From the NCBI GenBank assembly GCA_022821965.1, contig JAJECN010000035.1:76222-140221 (forward strand): 64,000 nucleotides of DNA, read 5' to 3'. Each line of letters starts with the position of its first letter. The stretch's first letter is position 1. Shown here in pieces: positions 58,216 to 64,000 of this stretch. Origin of the DNA: Candidatus Poribacteria bacterium. Lineage in GTDB: Bacteria > Poribacteria > WGA-4E > WGA-3G. The notes beneath the pieces were generated by a model. The model worked only from the letters and a program-made list of their open reading frames with translations. It did not search any database and was not told the origin of the DNA. The translations under genes were made by a program, and so were the position numbers.

Positions 58216-59010
58216 CTATAGGCGCGATATAAGATCGCGATATAACGCCTCAACAGTCGCCTGAGGAATCTCGGCGACTCCTTCTTCAGTAATAGTGTAA
58301 AGCGTTGGAAAGATTTTTCGGATGAGATCAGGACCGCCCGTCGCGATATCCTCATCAGCGGCATCCCAGAGTGCTTCTGCCACAATCTCCAAGGCATCCT
58401 GACGGGTGATCTCCGGCGTGTGTCGTTTTTTAAGGGTTGTGCGGGCATCCTTACCGCCGGAGCCGATCGCGTAATAGTCGTCTTCCTCATAACGACCACC
58501 GACAGCATCATATTTGAAAATTCTACCACGCTGTCGTTTTAAGTCATAACCGGCAAAGAGGGGCAAGACAATTAAACCCTGCATGGCAAGCCCAAGGTTG
58601 GAGCGCACCAAGTGTGAGAGGAAATTCGCCTGTCCTTCAAGGCTGAGGCTAACCCCTTCTGTCTTTTCGTAAAATTCGACCTCAACTTGAAAGAGTTTTG
58701 CCATTTCAATACAGGGACCAGCAGCACCTGCAACAGCAATCGCTGAGTGCCGATCAACTGGATAAACCTTCTGGATTCGACGCTCGCCGACTTGATAGCC
58801 CTCCGTTGCTTGTCGGTCACCAGCCATGATGACCCCGCCATCGTAAACAACCGCCAAAACGGTTGTGCCTTCGTAAGGACGGAGGGACGACTCTGTTGTA
58901 CGGACACTTGAGGTTGAATCCGGTGAATTGAGCGTCGCCAATAATTCAGGGTGACGACGCTTGAGGATTTGAAAAAAGTTGGAGGTGCCGTAATCATCAA
59001 GTTCAAGCAC
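58216..59010 (-). CDS. prcB: 20S proteasome beta subunit with N-terminal propeptide
   Basis: Propeptide followed by TTVLAVVYDGGVIMAGDRQAT (catalytic Thr1 context). Starts 2 nt after the pup stop. Confidence 0.9.
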   Translation of the reverse strand: MLELDDYGTSNFFQILKRRHPELLATLNSPDSTSSVRTTESSLRPYEGTTVLAVVYDGGVIMAGDRQATEGYQVGERRIQKVYPVDRHSAIAVAGAAGPCIEMAKLFQVEVEFYEKTEGVSLSLEGQANFLSHLVRSNLGLAMQGLIVLPLFAGYDLKRQRGRIFKYDAVGGRYEEDDYYAIGSGGKDARTTLKKRHTPEITRQDALEIVAEALWDAADEDIATGGPDLIRKIFPTLYTITEEGVAEIPQATVEALYRDLISRL

Positions 59011-59012
59011 TC

Positions 59013-59210
59013 CTACTGCCCTCCACGTTGAATATAATTTTCGACAAATTCTTGTGAATCCTCTTCCAAAATTTCATCAATTTCATCAAGGAGCGAGTCC
59101 AAATCTTCAACGAACTCCTCGTCCATTTCGCCAGGTTCAACATTAGGTTGAATCTCTTCGGTTTCCTCAACATCGCGCTTGATGTGTTCCTGTCGTTTTT
59201 CAGTAGACAT
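59013..59210 (-). CDS. pup: Prokaryotic ubiquitin-like protein Pup (C-terminal GGQ)
   Basis: 65 aa, acidic and disordered-like. C-terminal ...YIQRGGQ matches the Pup family. AGGAGA SD 6 nt upstream. Confidence 0.85.
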   Translation of the reverse strand: MSTEKRQEHIKRDVEETEEIQPNVEPGEMDEEFVEDLDSLLDEIDEILEEDSQEFVENYIQRGGQ

Positions 59211-59223
59211 TGTGCTCTCCTTT

Positions 59224-59362
59224 AATAGTTGTGGATTGCCAGTTATCAGTAGTTATCAGTTAATATCTTGTAGCAGTTGTCTTATAGGTAACTACCACAG
59301 CACATCTCTTTAACCGATAACTGAAAGGTTTTTCGCAGAAAAACCGCCCTGACAACTGACGA
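59224..59362. repeat. Palindromic heptamer-repeat element in the dop-pup gap
   Basis: Left arm ccagttatcagtagttatcagttaat. Right arm ccgataactgaaagg ... ctgacaactgacgactat. Embedded 8-bp hairpin GGTTTTTCgcaGAAAAACC. Ends at the dop stop. Confidence 0.7.
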
Positions 59363-60874
59363 CTATTCTGATGCGTTGCCTCGAATCTCCTTAACGAGTT
59401 CCTCTGCTGTACAGTTGTTCAGTAACTCACCTACGATCTTTTGTGTACCGAAGTGAGGGCGATCCATCATAATTTTGTCAAGCCCGCCCGATTTACCGAT
59501 AAAAATCATTGAGTTCCAACTGGCACTATAAATGTGCTTTGGAAACTTTCGTAAACAGGTACCGCGAAAGTATGCCCGGGTGTCCACAGGTGGATAGTGC
59601 ATCGCATGTACAATCTCTTCACGGTCAAGTAAGCGTTTAACATGTCCGTTTTTCAACAATCTAATGTAAAGCCCTTTGTCCGGACGTATATCATGGTACT
59701 GCAGATCAAGCATCTGCACATGCGAGTCATCCCACTTGTATCCGTGTCGTTTGCGGTAGGCATCTATCAACTTCTTCTTGATAACCCAATCTAAGTGTTG
59801 ACTCAACCGCATCGGGTCAATTTCCAAGTTATCAAGAACGTATTGCCATTTTTCAAGGACATCCTCAACGACAGGTGTTCGTTCCTCAGGGGCAAGATGT
59901 TTCTGCGCGAGTTTGAGGTACGCCCGCTGCACTTCTATTGGTGTCCACTCCTGCCCATCTGCAAGTTCTATCTGTTCTCGGCATGAGAGATCTCGCGAGA
60001 TATGTTTTATTGCAGCGACCGGGTCCTTTAAACTGAATTTTTTGCCAATCACACCTTTCTCAATCAACTGGAGCACAATAGAGGTAATACCAGCCTTGAG
60101 ATAGATGCTTAACTCAGACATATTAGAGTCGCCAACGATCACATGCAAGCGTCGATAGAGTTTGTCATCAGCATGCGGTTCATCGCGCGTATTAATCAAT
60201 GGACGATTCACCATAGTGCTGAGTCCTACCTCTTTTTCAAAGAAATCGGCACGCTGGGAGATTTGATAATCCGCTTCGTCGCTCCCGTTCTCCGCACCAA
60301 CTTTTCCGCTCCCGGTGATAATAATACGTGTAACAAGGAAGGGTATCAACCCATCAACGATTGCATCAAACGGCACTTTGCGCGACATGAGGTAGTTTTC
60401 ATGAGAGCCGTAACTATGCCCCTTGTAATCGGTATTGTTTTTATAGATGATAATTTCTTGGTTGTCAAGCAGAAGGCGTTCTGCCGTGATCCTGCTGACT
60501 TCCAATATTAATTCACCCGCTTTTTCGTATAGAAGCAGATCGCGTGCGTTTGCACACTCCGGCGTGCAATACTCAGGGTGCGCATGATCTACGTAGTAAC
60601 GCCCTCCATTTATCAAGATATCGTTAACGGCACTGTTCGTATCTGCCTCAGTAATAGTCGGTTCCGCCTCCGCAAGAAACCCACGAGCGTCTACCAACGG
60701 ACTCTCTTGGTCGTAATCCCACGTGACAGAAGAATTCGCACTTGGCGCATCATCCCGAGAAGTTTTATAGGCATTAACGACCAAGGTAGAAGCAGCAACC
60801 GGATCTTGCTCACGTGCATTTTTGACTGAGATGCCATACTCAGTCTCTGTTCCCATTATTATTGGTATTTCCAT
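59363..60874 (-). CDS. dop: Pup deamidase/depupylase Dop
   Basis: MEIPIIMGTETEYGIS ... INGGRYYVDHAHPEYCTPEC. Dop-type insertion relative to PafA. ORF-track start trimmed to ATG 60874. Confidence 0.85.
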   Translation of the reverse strand: MEIPIIMGTETEYGISVKNAREQDPVAASTLVVNAYKTSRDDAPSANSSVTWDYDQESPLVDARGFLAEAEPTITEADTNSAVNDILINGGRYYVDHAHPEYCTPECANARDLLLYEKAGELILEVSRITAERLLLDNQEIIIYKNNTDYKGHSYGSHENYLMSRKVPFDAIVDGLIPFLVTRIIITGSGKVGAENGSDEADYQISQRADFFEKEVGLSTMVNRPLINTRDEPHADDKLYRRLHVIVGDSNMSELSIYLKAGITSIVLQLIEKGVIGKKFSLKDPVAAIKHISRDLSCREQIELADGQEWTPIEVQRAYLKLAQKHLAPEERTPVVEDVLEKWQYVLDNLEIDPMRLSQHLDWVIKKKLIDAYRKRHGYKWDDSHVQMLDLQYHDIRPDKGLYIRLLKNGHVKRLLDREEIVHAMHYPPVDTRAYFRGTCLRKFPKHIYSASWNSMIFIGKSGGLDKIMMDRPHFGTQKIVGELLNNCTAEELVKEIRGNASE

Positions 60875-60983
60875 CTTTTTATTAGCCATCAGCCATCGGA
60901 AACTATCAGTAAGGAGTGGGTTGTGGAATTCGGGCAATATGCAACCGCCACACGCGCGACTGACCGCTGATTGCTGACCGCCA
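60875..60983. repeat. Variant heptamer-repeat palindromic element (CAGCCAT ... CTGACCG) in the arc-dop gap
   Basis: agccatcagccatcgg ... gactgaccgctgattgctgaccgccatc. Right arm ends at the arc stop codon. Confidence 0.6.
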
Positions 60984-62813
60984 TCAAAGAAATGTACCGC
61001 CCCGGGCCACTCGGACATTCTGTGTCTTTTCTTGTGCAGGTTCATTAATCAAAGCACGGATATTGACAATCTTTTCACCCTTCCTGCCTGAGATTTTCGC
61101 CCAATCATCAGGATTTGTGGTGTTCGGGAGGTCCTCATTTTCGTGGTATTCTTCCCGGATAGCGGCTTTAAGATCGTCAAGACACATCCCTTTGTGGGTC
61201 CCATCAGAAGTAATAAAACGTTTGATCGCCGCTTTCTTCGCACGTGAAACGATGTTTTCGATCATTGCACCGCTGACAAAATCTTTGAAGAAGAGAGTTT
61301 CCCGTTCGCCGCGGGCGTAAGTGACTTCAATAAACCGATTTTCGTCAGTCGTCGCATACATTTCGTTTACAGCCTCATCAATGAAATGCTTCGCAATAGC
61401 TTCAGTATCCCCATTAAACTGCTGAAAAGTGGTTTCAGCGAAGGGGAGATCCGGTGTCAGATATATAGAGAAAATATCTTTAGCACCATCTAAGTTGGGG
61501 CGGTCAATTTTAATTTTGACATCGAGTCTGCCGGGTCTTAAAACAGCAGGATCAAGGAGGTCTTGTCGGTTACTGGCACCAATGACGATGACATCCCGGA
61601 GGTTCTCAACCCCATCAATCTCAGAAAGGAACTGCGGCACAAGCGTTGATTCCATATCCGATGAGATTCCCATGCCTCTGGAGCGGAAGAGGGAATCCAT
61701 TTCATCGAAGAAAATGATAACCGGAAATCCTTCTTTCGATTTATCGCGCGCCTTCTGGAAGACTTCACGGATTTTACGCTCAGTTTCACCAACGTATTTA
61801 TTTAGAAGTTCCGGTCCCTTAATATTAATGAAATACCCGCGCACTTCATCTCTGCCAGTCTCTTTACGGACCCGCTCAGCGATACTACTGGCGACAGCTC
61901 GGGCTATTAAGGTTTTACCACAACCCGGAGGACCGTAGAGGAGAACACCTTTCGGGGGTGAGAGGTTAAATTCCTTATATTCGTTAGGGTAAAGGTATGG
62001 CAGCTCAACGGCATCGCGAATCGCCTCTATCTGGGTATCAAGTCCACCAATGTCAGTATAACCGATATCCGGTACTTCTTCGAGTAACAGATCTTCGACC
62101 TCCCGTTTCGGGAGCTTTTCCATGAGCATGCTGGTCGTATGATTGAGAAGGACGTTATCTCCGGTCTTCAGCGTTTCCTCTTGGAGCGGTTCAGCTATCC
62201 TGACGACACGTTCTTCATCAGTGCGGAGACTTATAATGGCAAGTTCATCGGTAATGCGTTCTTTGATTTTGACAACGTCTCCATGCCGTTCAGGCGTTTT
62301 AACGTCAACGACGTTCATCCCGCTATTGACAATAACCTCCTGCCCAACCTCTATATCTTTCTCTTTGAGTACTGGATCAAGATTGACGCGCCATTTCCTA
62401 CCACTCACATCAATATCAACAGTGCCATCTTCGTTTGACGCGAGGAAGACTCCATAATTATTGGGCGGTGCACTGAGCTGGTCGACCTTTTCCTTGAGGA
62501 TCTCCAGTTTCTCTTTCGCCTCTTGCAGAGTGCTCGTGAGTTTCTTGTTGCGCCGGTGTGCCGTCATCAACTCACGTTGCATTTCATAGAGCCGAGTCTC
62601 AAGGTCCTTGACATATACAGCACCCTGTTGCTGCCGCATGCCTTCCAGTTCACCTTCCAGCATGTCAATGGTTCCTTGGAGCGTACGAATTTGCTGCTCA
62701 TACGAGACAGCGTCGTACGTCTCTTGCGCCTCAAAGGAATCCTTGGAATTTCCTCTTTTGATACCCATACGTGAAATTCTCTCTTTCCAAAACGATTTTT
62801 CCGACCCACCCAC
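60984..62813 (-). CDS. arc: Proteasome-associated AAA+ ATPase ARC/Mpa
   Basis: N-terminal coiled coil, OB domains, Walker A GPPGCGKTLIARAVAS. 609 aa. Sits at the head of the arc-dop-pup-prcBA-pafA array. Confidence 0.9.
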   Translation of the reverse strand: MGGSEKSFWKERISRMGIKRGNSKDSFEAQETYDAVSYEQQIRTLQGTIDMLEGELEGMRQQQGAVYVKDLETRLYEMQRELMTAHRRNKKLTSTLQEAKEKLEILKEKVDQLSAPPNNYGVFLASNEDGTVDIDVSGRKWRVNLDPVLKEKDIEVGQEVIVNSGMNVVDVKTPERHGDVVKIKERITDELAIISLRTDEERVVRIAEPLQEETLKTGDNVLLNHTTSMLMEKLPKREVEDLLLEEVPDIGYTDIGGLDTQIEAIRDAVELPYLYPNEYKEFNLSPPKGVLLYGPPGCGKTLIARAVASSIAERVRKETGRDEVRGYFINIKGPELLNKYVGETERKIREVFQKARDKSKEGFPVIIFFDEMDSLFRSRGMGISSDMESTLVPQFLSEIDGVENLRDVIVIGASNRQDLLDPAVLRPGRLDVKIKIDRPNLDGAKDIFSIYLTPDLPFAETTFQQFNGDTEAIAKHFIDEAVNEMYATTDENRFIEVTYARGERETLFFKDFVSGAMIENIVSRAKKAAIKRFITSDGTHKGMCLDDLKAAIREEYHENEDLPNTTNPDDWAKISGRKGEKIVNIRALINEPAQEKTQNVRVARGGTFL

Positions 62814-62971
62814 ACGGGTAAAATCCGGTACGCGGATAATCGGATTCGATTGGGTTTCAGATCTACACCCAACACTTTTATTTAGAGTATAGCACGCTGA
62901 AAAAATTGTGTCAAGAAAAAGTTGATATTGATATTTCTATTTTTCCCAATGCTTTTAGATGACGTTGTATA

Positions 62972-62992
62972 GCGAGGGATAAAAACCTCGCC
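62972..62992. repeat. GCGAGG-gataaaaa-CCTCGC hairpin (GGCGAGG family), 40 nt past the recA stop
   Basis: Same stem sequence as the copies at 18439, 44444 and 45926. Confidence 0.45.
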
Positions 62993-63032
62993 ATACAAGC
63001 AAACGTAGAAACCTCACCGTCTGCTTTACGTA

Positions 63033-64000
63033 TTACGACACGACATCAACCGTGTCGTGAGCCTCGTCCTCATCGTAGTCGGCATCTTCAGGAATCGCAC
63101 CAGCAATAGCGTCTTGAGCCACACTGAGTGCTTCCCGTATTTTCGCCTCAATTTCCGCTGCGGCATCTGTGTTCTCTTCCAGATATTTCTTGGCATTCGT
63201 TCTGCCTTGACCAATTCGCTCACCGTTGTAGGCAAACCAAGAACCGCTCTTCTGGATAAACTCATTGTCCACAGCAATATCTAAGAGATTTCCTTCTTTA
63301 GAGATGCCCTGTCCGAAGGTAACGTCATATTCTCCCTCCTTGAAAGGAGGAGCTACCTTATTTTTCACCACTTTGAAACGTACACTGCTCCCAAGAATCT
63401 CATTACCATCTTTAATCTGAGTGCCGCGACGGAGTTCCAACCGAATGGAGGCATGGAACTTGAGCGCAAGTCCACCCGGAGTTGTATCTGGGTTACCGAA
63501 CATGATCCCAATTTTCTGCCGAATCTGATTTGTAAAAATAACACACGTTTTTGATTTATTCGTAACACCGGACAACTTCCGCAACGCTTTGGACATCAAG
63601 CGAGGCAGCAAACCAACGTGTGCGTCACCCATTTCACCCTCAATTTCGGCTTGAGGGGTCAAGGCGGCTACAGAGTCAACAACTACCAGATCAATCGCAC
63701 CGCTGCGGATCAGCGTTTCGACAATCTCTAACGCCTGCTCACCGGCATCGGGTTGCGCAATCAACAGGTTTTCCATATTGACCCCAATATTTCGAGCATA
63801 GGAGGTGTCAAGCGCGTGTTCAACATCAACGAACACCGCGGTGCCGCCCAACTTCTGTGCTTCAGCAACAATATGGAGTGCTAATGTGGTTTTTCCAGTG
63901 CCTTCATGTCCGAAAATTTCAATGATCCTGCCGCGCGGGACACCTCCCACACCGAGCGCGAGATCCAGCGAGAGAGAACCCGTTGGGATTGCTTCAACAG
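63033..64000 (-). CDS. recA: Recombinase RecA; N-terminus runs off the right window edge
   Basis: Walker [22 protein letters not shown]1/L2 loop regions. The frame stays open to nt 64000 and encodes ...[18 protein letters not shown]. Confidence 0.9.
   Translation of the reverse strand, partial: VEAIPTGSLSLDLALGVGGVPRGRIIEIFGHEGTGKTTLALHIVAEAQKLGGTAVFVDVEHALDTSYARNIGVNMENLLIAQPDAGEQALEIVETLIRSGAIDLVVVDSVAALTPQAEIEGEMGDAHVGLLPRLMSKALRKLSGVTNKSKTCVIFTNQIRQKIGIMFGNPDTTPGGLALKFHASIRLELRRGTQIKDGNEILGSSVRFKVVKNKVAPPFKEGEYDVTFGQGISKEGNLLDIAVDNEFIQKSGSWFAYNGERIGQGRTNAKKYLEENTDAAAEIEAKIREALSVAQDAIAGAIPEDADYDEDEAHDTVDVVS

Noticed and set aside
28790-60983. Heptamer repeats interpreted as iron-responsive (Fur-box-like GATAAT hexamer) operators, because they flank heme genes
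   Set aside because: The unit is 7 nt (CAGTTAT), not the 6-nt Fur repeat. The arms are long arrays rather than a 19-bp operator. The same elements sit between proteasome genes and at gene 3' ends. A structural or mobile repeat fits better than an operator.
60984-61016. Idea that the heptamer element insertion rewrote the ARC C-terminus (TFL instead of a Tyr-containing docking tail)
   Set aside because: Only the stop codon overlaps the element. The last sense codons do not resemble the repeat. Not enough evidence without an ortholog alignment.
1-64000. Search for tRNA, rRNA, CRISPR arrays, IS elements with transposase, integrase or phage genes
   Set aside because: No cloverleaf-compatible conserved tRNA boxes, no rRNA-like stretches, no spaced direct-repeat arrays and no transposase or integrase ORFs were found by eye. 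The repeats present are short hairpin or heptamer elements, not CRISPR.

Overview
This 64 kb chromosomal window comes from a bacterium whose lineage cannot be resolved from the sequence alone. The cell envelope looks diderm (lipobox lipoproteins, two TolB-like beta-propeller proteins). Coding density is high and almost all large genes are on the minus strand. Mixed signals: a complete Pup-proteasome operon sits beside cyanobacteria-like traits (STRR-like heptamer repeats, Uma2/DUF820, UPF0150, DUF433) and planctomycete- or poribacteria-like traits (three Gfo/Idh/MocA oxidoreductases, a leucine-rich-repeat protein, a membrane-tethered ECF sigma fusion, a BMC vertex homolog).

Main blocks, left to right:
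- 1-11.5 kb, accessory-like: tandem two-domain GNAT paralogs, a methyltransferase/PhyH dioxygenase pair, an AAC(3)-family acetyltransferase behind a PIN-domain gene, a LamG protein, a protein built of four zinc-ribbon modules, a HicB-like/DUF433 pair, a HAD hydrolase/Gfo-Idh-MocA operon, and an ECF sigma factor.
- 11.8-18.3 kb: FAD oxidoreductase, an orphan EutN/CcmL-type BMC vertex protein next to 5-formyl-THF cyclo-ligase, ComEA, an Ldh_2 dehydrogenase, an NRAMP-like transporter.
- 18.5-20.3 kb: a 571-aa leucine-rich-repeat protein made of about 24 near-identical 22-aa repeats.
- 20.6-31.2 kb: a tetrapyrrole/heme cluster (cobA-hemD fusion, hemC, hemA, CcsA/HemX-like protein, SirC with an unexplained C-terminal extension, polyprenyl synthase, hemL, hemB), interrupted by a Uma2 endonuclease gene.
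- 31-41 kb: secreted proteins, an amidohydrolase, an FAD disulfide reductase, and a SpoIVB/S55-like peptidase with PEGFPLP repeats.
- 41.3-44.3 kb: a 990-aa single-chain ECF sigma + transmembrane + BNR beta-propeller fusion, flanked by 50-bp direct repeats.
- 44.8-55.8 kb: two TolB-like genes, RtcB next to a PD-(D/E)xK-like protein, a third Gfo/Idh/MocA gene, a cupin, a second Uma2 gene, and PPDK.
- 55.9-62.8 kb: a complete canonical Pup-proteasome operon (arc-dop-pup-prcB-prcA-pafA; Pup ends in GGQ). Every intergenic gap in it carries a palindromic element built from tandem heptamers (CAGTTAT / ATAACTG). The same family recurs in the heme cluster and elsewhere.
- Right edge: recA, N-terminus truncated.

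No rRNA, tRNA or CRISPR arrays were recognised. The ORF track uses alternative start codons, and several starts were re-assigned from Shine-Dalgarno context.
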